A DNA stretch of 64,000 bases from Antedon mediterranea (taxonomy: Eukaryota; Animalia; Echinodermata). The notes under the pieces are model-generated. The model was not told where the DNA came from. It made no database searches and worked only from the letters and a program-made list of their open reading frames with translations. Positions 24,017-36,650 of this stretch are shown one piece after another (the stretch's first letter is position 1; each line of letters opens with the position of its first letter). Position numbers and translations under genes: made by a program. The stretch spans positions 20,349,237 through 20,413,236 of the forward strand of contig NC_092672.1 of NCBI RefSeq assembly GCF_964355755.1, given 5' to 3'.

Positions 24017-24550
24017 ATGAGTATATGTAATACTATAATTTGTAATAGTTTGGAAAATATTATAATTGTCAAGAAGGTGCATGGTTCTTAAATTTAAAAA
24101 TAAATGTTGTTTTTCGGTAACAACCCGACAAAATCATTAATAAATGTTGGTCCCTCTCTAATATTTCTATGTTGATTAATTCAATTTTTTAAAACTATAT
24201 ACTATATATTTTGATTATTGATTTTAAAGCATATTGAAATAAATTTTACTGTAAAAATGCTGGTTTAGCTTACTGTAATAACTGACATGTCAGTCTGTGA
24301 CCAACTCGGTAACAACCAGACACTTTTTAATATCATATAAAAATGTAAAAATAAGGTTTTAAAAAAAAGTAACCTCATGAGTGAATGTAAAGCTATAATT
24401 TTTAATAGTTTGGAAAATATTATAATTGTCTAGAAGGTACATGGTTCTTAAATTAAACAAATGTTTTTTGTTAACAACCCGACAAAATTATTAATAATTA
24501 TGTTGGCCCCTCCTTAATATTTCTATGTTGATTAATTCAATTTTTTTAAA
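24017..24550. repeat. Imperfect direct duplication, ~360-bp spacing, inside the Helentron
   Basis: 'catgagt...atagtttggaaaatattataattgtc...gttgattaattcaatttttt' occurs at ~24017-24190 and ~24377-24548. Confidence 0.75.
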
Positions 24551-24918
24551 CAAAATCCCAAACAATATATTTAGTTCTTTAATTCTAAAAGGAAATGACA
24601 TGTATAAATTAGGATTTAGTTGTCTGTTATAGGATTTAAGTAAACCTCATATTGTTTTATTTTTTAAGTTTTCTAAATATCATTATTTTAAATGGAAATA
24701 TGTCTGTATATATCTCTTTTTTTTTACCACTTAAATATCCTGAAAGTATATAACATTAGCTTTAGTTTGATATCAAACATGTTAAGACTGCTAAAAGTTG
24801 AACATTTTCAAAATCCCCCAAAAAATTGTGGAATTGCCCTACTAATACTCACAGCTGTAGCTGAAACTGTAAATCTTCTGTTAATAAAAAACAATTAAAA
24901 AAACAATTACAATCTAAA

Positions 24919-26496
24919 CTAGAATTTAATTCGTCACTTTGACGAATTATAGGTGATCATTTTTATCATTTTAATGAAATTAACATTTTTTAAACGTGCA
25001 TGTACGTTAACATACGATCGTTAAAAGTTGATGTACGCCATTCTATGACATGATGCATATACACTTATAGTGCTGAGTTGTACCTATTATGTGTCATATA
25101 CAATATGTACAGTATATACTGTATATCTATATACAGTGTAGCATAGGTGAAATTACGGGACCCACATCTTGTTCTAAATTTTTGGTATGATGGAATTATC
25201 AAAAAAAACTTGAAGATGACAATTTCGAAAGATAATGAATTTAGCAAATAAATATAAGGATTGAAAGAGAATTTGACACGTAGAAGCGCAATGCGCGCTC
25301 TTTGAAATTTGTATAACTTTGACTAAAGAAATTTAAAAACTACTTTTTAACTTCAACTGGCCATATGATAACATCACAACGTCCGATAGGCTTAATTTTT
25401 ATATGAATCCATATCTACATTTCATCAGCTTTCATAATAAGTAATAATCTTCAAGGTCACCTTTAATTCTGAAGAGCTGTCAAATATTCAAATATATAGT
25501 GAAGGTGAAATTACACGACCTACGTTATTCAAGTTGTTACACGTGATGACGTCATCAAAATGAAAATGTTGACAACTCATGAGAAAGATAATTAATTGAG
25601 CAAGCACATACTAAAATTTGTGCGAAAATCGGGCTCAAATAACGGAGATGAGCTCTATTGAATGTGATAACCTACACAAAACGAAAAAAAATCCTAATTT
25701 TTAAATTGAAGTGGCCATTTGATGACGTAATACCATTTTGTACGTCTAATATGTATATACATTTATATCTACAACTTATTGGCTTCCATATTAAGTTAAA
25801 AAAAATGGGGGTCATCGTGCATTCTGAAGAATTATTTTCATTGTAAAAATGCCTTATTTTTCATCATTTACAGCACTTTTATGCAAATAATGTGCGCATT
25901 TTGTCATTTTTAACATGCTCGTATAGCGTTATTTTAAGTCGGAACGGACTCAAATTTGGTGATTGTACTAAGGATGGTGAGAAGAATGCGATTTCTACAA
26001 ATGCGTATTTTGACGCTTTTTAAGAATCGCGCGCGCAAAAACGCATTTTTGCGCAGTAATTTTTTGAAACACGCAAATGCCCTAATGCATGCTCTAAATT
26101 GATCAAAACTTAATTTTGAGCTTTTTAAATTTTTAATGCGCGATTTCACGCGCATGACCCTACGTGCACGCGCGTTTTTATTTGCTAATATTTTTACCTT
26201 TGACCTGAAGTTTATGTATAGTGAATTTCATTAATATGTGATAATGAATTATGGAGATATGATTGATAATGTGATTTCACAAAATGGCGTATACGTGACG
26301 TCACGGATGAGTGATCACGCTGGAAAGCTTATTAGGACTAATTTCCAGTATTTGAAAGACATTGTGAAATTTTGGTAATCATTGACATTAAACTTTTTTA
26401 GATATTTGTTACACAAAATAGTGCCCAGAAACAATAATAACAATAAAGATTTGATACAATAACAATAGGTGATCATTTTATTCTAAATGATCACCT
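24919..26496 (-). mobile_element. Non-autonomous Helentron of a third subfamily (subTIR TAGGTGATCATTT), inserted into an array unit
   Basis: One end is CTAG, AATTCGTCActtTGACGAATT, TAGGTGATCATTT (24919-24963). The other end is TAGGTGATCATTT-tattct-AAATGATCACCTA (26466-26497). The flanks rejoin as the array motif acaatctaaa|aaatacaaggaaaaacatt. Confidence 0.85.
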
Positions 26497-27322
26497 AAAA
26501 ATACAAGGAAAAACATTGGTAATGGCAATAAACAACATTAACACTTTTTCCAAATCAACAAGCTTCTTAATCAATGTATGAAAAATTAGGAAATTTCCTT
26601 AAAATGACTTTGGCTATGGGCCAGCTAATTGGGGCCGACATGTTGTCTCAATGGTAATTTCATTTAGTAGTTTGATCACAAACAATAAAATTTGAATTAT
26701 GTAAATGTTTCATAATAGTATAAATGCCTACAAAATAACAGGCAACACTTCACTCCCAATCATGAGACCATAAATCATCTCTACAAATTATTTATTTTAT
26801 GTTCACTATTTACGATATTCTAGAGATTATGAAGTACTGTAGAAACAATAATGTTATTACTGTACATGTATCTCTTCCAACTCTTTAGGAACTGATACAA
26901 CTAAAAACTAGGCCTAGCCCCTACCTAGGAGGCCTAGGCTAGTAGGCATAGAAGAGAACTTCGCAAAAAGCAGACTCAGCTTGCTAACAATGCTAAGTAG
27001 AGTAGGCTATATTATACCGGTATTTAATTTTAAGGCATGGTATTCAAGATAAAGTTTGTTAACAAATTAGGAATTAATATATAGTTATAAGCCAGATGCA
27101 AAATGGAACTAGGCTAGCGTCACTATGCCTCTACTACAGTACTGTACAACTAAACCTAGGCTAGGTCTAGGCCTTCCTGAAGAGGTAATCCGGGACACGG
27201 CTAGGCCTAACCTAGCTAGGCCTAGCCTAGGGCCTAGGCTAGGCCATTTCATTTTGATGGCAAACACAAAAACAATTAAATATTACAAATCAACAATCCA
27301 AATTAATCAAAATATATCTTAC

Positions 27323-27600
27323 CTATTTCTAACTATTATATTTAACACAATTGTGTTTAAACTTTTTTAATATAGGCTATATGTTCGTTTTAACAATATA
27401 AAATTGCAAAGCAATATCGGGAGCAATACTAGGCTATAATATTACAAATCCAACATGGAGGTGTAACCACGTTGTTCTTTACTAATATGGCACGCAATCG
27501 TCGCCAAAAGTAACATAAATGCTGTAGGCCCAGACACAATTCACCACACTTTCACCATAAAAGTAAAGAGCGCATAAACATTTTTCTGTGCGCAATATTC
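27323..27600 (-). promoter_or_regulatory. Putative Helentron promoter and first non-coding exon
   Basis: Strong donor AG|GTAAGA at 27323/27322, just inside the hairpin terminus and on the coding strand, followed by a TAGGCCTA-rich stretch. The transcription start cannot be determined from sequence. Confidence 0.4.
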
Positions 27601-27660
27601 TAACGTATGACGTGCGCTGCGGATAACCTAACTCGTCCGTAGTGACGAGTTCAAATCTAG

Positions 27661-29751
27661 TTTTTATTGAATTAAATTATTAGTGTTCATCACATAGAAC
27701 TAAAGTAAACTCAAACAAGAAAAAACCAGGTCTATTTAAGCAATTGAATGCTGTTTAATTAAAAAACACGCTCTCAAGAAAAATCACATAAATTACGTAA
27801 CTGTACCTTTAAATTTATTTTTATTGAATTAAATTATTAGTGTTCATCACATAGAACTAAAGTAAACTCAAAAAAGAAAAAATCAGGTCTATTTAAGCAA
27901 TTGAATGCTGTTTAATTAAAAAACACGCTCTCAAGAAAAATCACATAAATTACGTAACTGTCCCTTTAAATTTATTTTTATTGAATTAAATTATTAGTGT
28001 TCATCACATAGAACTAAAGTAAACTCAAAAAAGAAAAAATCAGGTCTATTTAAGCAATTGAATGCTGTTTAATTAAAAAACACGCTCTCAAGAAAAATCA
28101 CATAAATTACGTAACTGTACCTTTAAATTTATTTTTATTGAATTAATTATTAGTGTTCATCACATAGAACTAAAGTAAACTCAAAAAAGAAAAAAACAGG
28201 TCTATTTAAGCAATTAAATGTGGTTTAATTAAAAAACACGCTCTCAAGAAAAATCACATAAATTACGTAACTGTACCTTTAAATTTTATTTGATTGAATG
28301 AAATTATTAGTGTTCATCACATGAAACTAAAGTAAACTCAAACAAGAAAAAATCAGGTCTATTTAAGCAATTGAATGCTGTTTAATTAATAAACACGCTC
28401 TCAAGAAAAATCACATAAATTACGTAACTGTACCTTTAAATTTATTTTTATTGAATTAAATTATTAGTGTTCATCACATAGAACTAAAGTAAACTCAAAA
28501 AAGAAAAAAACAGGTCTATTTAAGCAATTGAATGCTGTTTAATTAAAAAACACGCTCTCAAGAAAAATCACATAAATTACGTAACTGTACCTTTAAATTT
28601 ATTTTTATTGAATTAAATTATTAGTGTTCATCACATGGAACTAAAGTAAACTCAAAAAAAAAAAAATCAGGTCTATTTAAGCAATTGAATGCTGTTTAAT
28701 TAATAAACACGCTCTCAAGAAAAATCACATAAATTACGTAACTGTACCTTTAAATTTATTTTTATTGAATTAAATTATTAGTGTTCATCACATAGAACTA
28801 AAGTAAACTCAAAAAAGAAAAAAACAGGTCTATTTAAGCAATTGAATGCTGTTTAATTAAAAAACACGCTCTCAAGAAAAATCACAGAAACTACGTAACT
28901 GTACCTTTAAATTTATTTTTATTGAATTAAATTATTAGTGTTCATCACATAGAACTAAAGTAAACTCAAACAAGAAAAAACCAGGTCTATTTAAGCAATT
29001 GAATGCTGTTTAATTAAAAAACACGCTCTCAAGAAAAATCACATAAATTACGTAACTGTACCTTTAAATTTATTTTTATTGAATTAAATTATTAGTGTTC
29101 ATCACATAGAACTAAAGTAAACTCAAAAAAGAAAAAATCAGGTCTATTTAAGCAATTGAATGCTGTTTAATTAAAAAACACGCTCTCAAGAAAAATCACA
29201 TAAATTACGTAACTGTTCCTTTAAATTTATTTTTATTGAATTAAATTATTAGTGTTCATCACATAGAACTAAAGTAAACTCAAAAAAGAAAAAATCAGGT
29301 CTATTTAAGCAATTGAATGCTGTTTAATTAAAAAACACGCTCTCAAGAAAAATCACATAAATTACGTAACTGTACCTTTGAATTTATTTTTATTGAATTA
29401 AATTATTAGTGTTCATCACATAGAACTAAAGTAAACTCAAAAAAGAAAAAACCAGGTCTACTTAAGCAATTGAATGTGGTTTAATTAAAAAACACGCTCT
29501 CAAGAAAAATCACATAAATTACGTAACTGTACCTTTAAATTTTATTTGATTGAATGAAATTAATAGTGTTCATCACATGGAACTAAAGTAAACTCAAACA
29601 AGAAAAAATCAGGTCTATTTAAGCAATTGAATGCTGTTTAATTAATAAACACGCTCTCAAGAAAAATCACATAAATTACGTAACTGTACCTTTAAATTTA
29701 TTTTTATTGAATTAAATTATTAGTGTTCATCACATAGAACTAAAGTAAACT
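27661..29751. repeat. 157-bp AT-rich satellite, ~13.3 near-identical copies
   Basis: Unit tttttattgaattaaattattagtgttcatcac...ctgtacctttaaattta; starts at 27661, 27818 and so on. Confidence 0.95.
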
Positions 29752-29866
29752 ACTGTTGTATAGTATGAATTCTCCAAGCAATCCTGATTTTCAGTATAAA
29801 AGTGATGAATATCAACAATTCAACTTAGATAAATTCAACGATGATGAATGCAACAGCTATTTCAGG
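29750..29866 (+). pseudogene. Short relic of a PIF/Harbinger-type DDE transposase N-terminus
   Basis: Translates LLLYSMNSPSNPDFQYKSDEYQQFNLDKFNDDECNSYFR, which resembles from memory the 'FDLD..DDEC..FRF' start of invertebrate Harbinger-type transposases. Confidence 0.45.
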
Positions 29867-30012
29867 CTAGGCCTATTTAAGGCTAGGCCTATTTCAGGCT
29901 AGGCCTAGGCCAAATCTCTAAGCCAATTTTTTTATTTTATATTTGGCATCATTGATCTAGAGTACTACATTTTTAGTTAGTAAGTAATGCTTAAATTAAA
30001 TAATTAAATATA

Positions 30013-30775
30013 CGCCGTGGTTAGGATTCCGGCACCGGAACCCAACTGCCCAGCGTTAGGGAATCCGACACGCTATTGCGCATGCCCAGAACGAGGTAAT
30101 CGGCGACTCTATACTATACCAATTCTTTGACTATACAGCGATGGATCATTTCATAGCTGCGCCACACGGCGAACTAGCCTAGATGCCTACTAATGCGGGA
30201 TCCACTAATCTAGGCTAGGGCTACCAGTTAGACGTGACCAGCAGTGGGCCTATTTATTTTGTAATTAAAAAGTGGTTGCTTCATTCATATATAAACTTCA
30301 TATCATTATGAATTATATAATTACATGACTAGTTTTATGATTTTTTATAACGCATTTAATATACTGTACATAACATGCAATCACAAGTTATTTGTTGACG
30401 GCAGCCACCGCGTGGATGTGAAAAAACTGTTCGGGAATTCGGGGTCGCAACGTTAAAAACAGCATTACGATTCTTAGATAGATACTGATTCTTATTAATA
30501 TCATTATAATTATTTTAACGCGTGGCGTAGTCGTATTTTAATTATTAATTCATGTATGGCATAGGCCAAGTTTCATCCATCTCTCGCTCGCGCAACGACT
30601 CGACTATCTAGGCTACAGTAAATCCCTATAACACTCCGACTCTCGGTGGTGTGGTGTGTGGCACTATTAGTGCAAGCTATAATTCACTTCCCAGAGCTCT
30701 GGGCATGCGCAATATCGTGTCGGATTCCCTAACGGTGGGCAGTTGAGTTCCGGTGCCGGAATCCTAACCACGGCG
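30013..30775. mobile_element. MITE with ~77-bp terminal inverted repeats and 9-bp TSD (Mutator-like)
   Basis: CGCCGTGGTTAGGATTCCGGCACCGGAAC...GCGCATGCCCAGA and its reverse complement at 30698-30775; TTAAATATA on both sides (30004-30012 and 30776-30784). Confidence 0.88.
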
Positions 30776-32827
30776 TTAAATATATATTTAGGCTACTTAT
30801 CTGGAAGACCAAACTTAAAGCCGTGGCTTAATGCGTCCTCCTCACACAATAATTTATTAATTTATGTTTCTGTATTATTATTTATAATTGTATTGTATTG
30901 TGTGAAACAATAAACTTGAAACTTGACATTAATGAACATTCATTTAATATGCTATAGCCTAGTCTATGTTTGATTACCATAAGTTAAAATAATGACTGAA
31001 ACTGCTTTACTCTTGACCATACTACTTCCATCGTGTTCTCCATATTAAAATACACAGCTGAATGTACGTTTCAGACAGGACGCTATTTCTTCTCACTACC
31101 GTTCTCAAATTTAGCGCTACGGTGAGTCTCGAATTTCTGCGCATGCGTGGATCACATTTTGGTTCGAATTACCGTACTGAACTACTTCCGTACTACAACG
31201 AAAGCTCGCTATTAACGTAATAATACGAAAAGAAAACAATTTTAAAAATGTTATATATACTATTCAGGTAAACAATTAATTGTTTTAATTAACATTGATT
31301 ATTTTAAATGAGGTTATTTTGACTCATTGTGCGTTTGCCTTAAAAGAGCATATCTTACTTAGCAGCCCAGCTTAGATTTGGTGTCATAATCATACGGGCC
31401 TAAAATCTTGTTTTACGTATTCAAAAGTTATATATAATAGTATTTATGATTGAAATTATAAATATAAAGTATATTAAAATATTCTAATAATTATACTTAC
31501 CGAAAATTTGTGTAAAAGAAAGGAAACAGTACACACAGTGTTTAACATACTTTTTCCTTTTTTTTTAAAAATAATTTTAAATTTCACCATTAAACTTTTT
31601 TTTTTTCATATACACATCTAAAATATATTTATTAATGAAATATACACTACATTCTAACAAGTACAAAAAAAATTAAATGAATTAGTACAGTAGTTCAAAA
31701 GTTACAGATCATTGAAAAATTGCAGTGTTTTCATTTTTTTTAGTGAATTCCAGCAAAAATGGGCGCTAAGTGCTTTCCTACCACTTTGCGGACCAATAAT
31801 TTAAAAAATAGGTTTCGTTGAGGCTCCAAAAAAATAGAGTTGTACAACTCTGTGATATCTATAGGTTTAACAAAATTCTAAACTTTTAACTAATTATTGT
31901 AAAAGTTATAACCTTTTAAAAATGCTTCAATTTCAACTGTAAAAAACACCATTTTTAGGCAAAAAATCGTATATTTTTTTAACACTTTAAATAACCATAA
32001 CTTTAGAACGGGTAATCGGATTTCAATCATTTAAATTGCAAAATTTACATTACATTAAGTTCTTTATGGTTAATGTTTAACTGAAAGAAAAAGTTAAAAA
32101 AATTAATCTGAATTTTTTCATTGGGATACCTACTATGTAAATAAAACCAATTATAGAATTCTTTTTTGTTTAATGATTTATAGAAAGCGAATCTCATATA
32201 GTTCTTTTGTCAATAATAAATCTGGTTATATTTTGTAATAAAAAAAATCAATAATTGTGTTCTGAAATGTTCATAACAGTTTTATTAAATACATTATGCG
32301 TATGACAAAGGTGGTGATTTGTTTAGAATTTCTGAATCATAAACTATCAATTGTACATTGTACCTACTTACTGTAAGTCATGACCAACATATAGTATATA
32401 TGTTTAAAGATTACCATTTTTAATCATTTTTCTTCATTAAATGCTTTTTCTGGATGTCGGCAGCCGGCATAAAAGTTTGATGCCATCATAGCCTTAGCTT
32501 TTCGAATTACAATGGATCTCTGCGGCTGCGCCTATAAATGATAATGTGTCTATAGGCATACTGTAGATCTTCACCTTGATTTTTCCAGTTCAGTGTGCAT
32601 TTTTCAATCAAAATATTATTTTAGCCAAGATCAGTTTTAAATATGTCCTTTACAAGTTGCATTGGATCTTTTCCTTGATGTCACCAAATCTTAGGCTGTA
32701 GCTTCTAGAATGCCTTTCAACTCGTAGCAATTCAGCTTCCATGTAGCTATTGTATCCTGATCCTGTTTAGATTTGATGTTTCACACATTCATAGTCAAAC
32801 AATCCGTTGTAGCTTTAAATTTATCCT

Positions 32828-33780
32828 TAGTTTCAGTTTCAGTTTCAGTTTATTTATCGAACACAAAAAATAAAACAGGTAATAAAATAAGAAGCATTGT
32901 GAACGAAAGGAAGACCAAGAAGAGCATAGCTCGTAACAGATGGTCACCTAAGAAAAATATATATATATATATATAAAGTAACAAATAAATTAGACAAAAA
33001 TATAATAAGTTAAAAAAAGATATATATATAAAAACTGAAATAAATATGAATACCTATATGTACATTAAAGGTTCTATAAAAGTATACATGCATATAACAA
33101 AAAAAAAACGTATCACATATGTACACATATTTATAAATAAAGTGAGAAAAACAAACAAACATAGGCAAAAATCAACAATAATATCAAATGGTATTTCTCT
33201 TATAGGTAAAAAATAATCATGTGCTTAAACTAAATATGTAGATAAAAGATACTCTTTGAATTTAATTTTAAAGGAATATAAAGAACTGCAATTGCGAATA
33301 TCTTGGGCAATTTTATTCCATATTTTCGGACCCTGTCCTCTGATAGAAGACCTAGCGAGGTCAGTAACAAAAAAGTGAGTGAAGTTCCATAACATTTCTG
33401 TTTAGCAATGCTTGTTAGCCTTGCTTTAGTGATGCTCTTTCCTTGTCAATCCTACTATTTATGTCAGCTGCTAAGCTACCCATTTCACCACTCAATGCAT
33501 TCATTCAACATTTTTTACTTGGGGTACCCGAGTCTAGGACTCTCTCTTCTTTTCCATCTGGACACTACAGAGCCAACTTTCAAGTCCTACTAGTTCTTTA
33601 CGCATTGTCTGCCAGCTCTGAAACATTGCATGCATATACTAGAGTAATAGGTGAACAAAGCTATAGAGAGAAAATGTTCATACTTCAGTAGTCAATTATG
33701 ACATCATAAACATGGTACCAATCGAAAAAAGTGCGATTTATAAAGTACTACTCCTCCTTTATTTGTTGTAGTACTTCTGC
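32828..33780 (-). mobile_element. 3' fragment of a CR1/L2-group LINE
   Basis: Minus strand encodes RGQGPKIWNKIAQDIRNCSSLYSFKIKFK and ends in AATAAA(CTGAAA)n at 32828-32857. Confidence 0.7.
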
Positions 33781-34065
33781 TCCCGGAAATAGCAAAAAAT
33801 AACCGTATTTGGTAGCAAGGTTATTGATGTGTATGTGACGTTACATCCCGTCTTCTGACGTCATTACAGCTTCTTTTGCTGTACCCTGAGTATCGCACAT
33901 TCGTGCTTGTTTATTCATAGCATGTTCAGTAGGCTCAGTTTTTTTACCTATACTATGAATTTGTGTTTTTCTTGTATTCATAGTTCGAGATAAAGCACTA
34001 ATAATGTGTTATGAATACTCAGGCTTATATTCTTAGTAAAATGTAATGACTTTAGAATGATCAAC

Positions 34066-34725
34066 TGTCGTGAGGTAATTTCCCGATTGATCGTAATCAA
34101 AACGGTACTGGGTATGGTCTACTAGTTTTTCTGCTCCCAACCAGTACATCCATTCATAGAAGCTTTGATGAAGTAAGCCTACCTGGTGGTGGCCATAGAA
34201 CGGTCCCGAGATAACGACTATACTTCGGCTTTAGTCGATAGAAGATTGAATAAATTGTTAGAGATAGAGTATACGATGTTATGATTATGTGTAGATATGT
34301 GATTTGTTCTTTTTATTCAAATGATGTTATGTATTTAATAAATTTGTTATATCAGTTAATTCAATTATTGTAGATTGCATATTATGCGATAAATATTATT
34401 TAATAAATGTTTGATATATTATTATGTCGTGAGGTAATTTCCCGATTGATCGTAATCAAAACGGTACTGGGTATGGTCTACTAGTTTTTCTGCTTCCAAC
34501 CAGTACATCCATTCATAGAAGCTTTGATGAAGTAAGCCTACCTGTTGGTGGCCATAGAACGGTCCCGAGATAACGACTATACTTCGGCTTTAGTCGATAG
34601 AAGATTGAATAAAATGTTAGAGATAGAGTATACGATGTTATGATTATGTGTAGATATGTGATTTGTTCTTTTTATTCAAATGATGTTATGTATTTAATAA
34701 ATTTGTTATATCAATTAATTCAATT
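34066..34725 (-). repeat. Two tandem 359-bp units matching the end of the Penelope-like element (pLTR-like)
   Basis: 34066 and 34425 start near-identical units; their first ~185 bp are the reverse complement of 43385-43570. Confidence 0.75.
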
Positions 34726-36650
34726 AATTTTAAAGATGCAATATTTAGAACAACAACAAATATTGCGGATTGAATTGTGTCTTGTTGTGAATGAATGATT
34801 TTTGGTTTTTATTTTGAATATTATATGGATAAAGATATACAACAATTACGAAAAAAGGAAGATTATATTTGACAACAATGATCAAATAGATTATGAAGAT
34901 TGTAGATTTATGACAACTACTGTATTACATATTACTGATTAACTTGTATTAATCATGTCATTGAATGAATGAACAAAAGTGCTGGTTCAAGCCACAAAAG
35001 AGAAAAAAAAGACAGTGCTAGAACCCTGGTGCATCGTGTATAAGAGAATGACAAAGTGCATAAAGTATAAAACCATGAAAGAGTATAAGAGCATGATGTC
35101 AATACAGAGAAGAGATTAGTGGCTTTCTGTAGTTTGCAACGCCCTTTTCATTAATTGGGTACGTGTGTTAATAGAGCATTGTCACACATTGCATATAAAA
35201 ACAAGTCATGATATTATTTTATGCTCACAAAACTGAATTCAGAAGAACATCAAACATATATTTCTAAATAAAACTGAAAAAAAAATGAATTAGTAGTTTC
35301 TATAATTATAAATTGCTTTAAAATAAAATAATTTGGGATTTACACTACCCATCTGAATATACATACACCTTAATCTGAATGCCTTCAACATGAATACAGT
35401 GTTTAAACAGCGCATAATACTATGCCTTTGTAGATTCATTCCATAACATAGTTTCATTCCATTAAAACTACAATAGTAACATTATCGTATAACCTATATA
35501 ACCTACCACTTTTTTTAATAGAATAAACCAAATGCTATCATCTCTTTTTTAAACTATTTAATACACAATAACATCTACCCGTCTATGATAGTGCAGCCTA
35601 TCAATCACAGCTAAAGACACCTTGTACACCTTTTTGTGTCTTATTATCCAACGCCTTCCAACACAAGGCACAAGACACAAGAAACCACCTACATTATTCT
35701 ACTTGAGTTCGCTAGATCATATATAAAAGTGCATTATGATGGGATCAGATTTATTTGGTCCTTTATTAATAATATTGACAACCATTCTTATGTTTGTTAA
35801 TGTGCAGAGCCATGATAAATACAATTGTCACAGCTTGAATAAGGTGACAGGGAGAAAATTAAATGAAAACCTTTCTCAATAATATTTCTCTGTTCAAATG
35901 CTGGATTATAATGAGTTTTTAATATTAAATGTGTCCATATAATGTATTGTTTGTCAAGTAGGTCTTTTACCACACTAATGTTTAATGTGAAATGGTTAAA
36001 TGTATTCAGAGTGAGATTTGCCAATGTAAATTATCTTAATTAAAATCATTTACATTAAAATCTTTCAATTGTATTTATATTATATTATATTTATTTTAAG
36101 TGCTGTTCTTAAAATACAATTGCAGTTTACCAAATCATGGAGCTATAAAGCTTAATGAGACTAAACACTGTTAACTTATGATGAACACAGCCTATTTAAT
36201 ACTTAGTTGAAATGCCATTATTAGGCGTTTTTAACCATTGATTCATTTAGTGCAATTTATAAAACTTCATCAAAAGTTTTACAATGGTCATATGTGTTTT
36301 GATTATTTATACTACTACTTATAACATATTAATACCGAAATATATAGAAAGTTACAATATAATAGCGGTGAAAAACATCATGTTTGCACAATAAACATTA
36401 AAATATTGATATTTATTTTTTAAAAAATAATAAATATAAAGAACATTTAACATTCAAAATATTCAATAATGTATATCTTCACTGTGTAAACTTTTTATTA
36501 TGATCATGATTGAATTAATTAATCTAACAATATATATATACTGAAAAATATTTTTAATTACACCACAATTATTAATGGTCATGCTTCTACTGTGCATTGC
36601 TAAAAAGGTTTGTTATAGTTGTATGACATATAATAATCTATTTATTTTAG

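Larger units (their letters stand above)
5411..27660 (-). mobile_element. Large autonomous-type Helentron/Helitron2 (>=22 kb); coding strand is minus
   Basis: 5411-6480 is the same body as the short copies. It contains the Rep-helicase-endonuclease ORF. The right terminus (27618-27660) is identical to the short-copy terminus (subTIR, hairpin, CTAG, then a T run). The left subTIR is not in the window. Confidence 0.85.

Noticed and set aside
32440-32800. Possible LINE ORF1 relic; similar weak LINE-like relics at ~46560-46750, ~51850-52060 and ~59100-59770
   Set aside because: Too degraded to classify without a database search.
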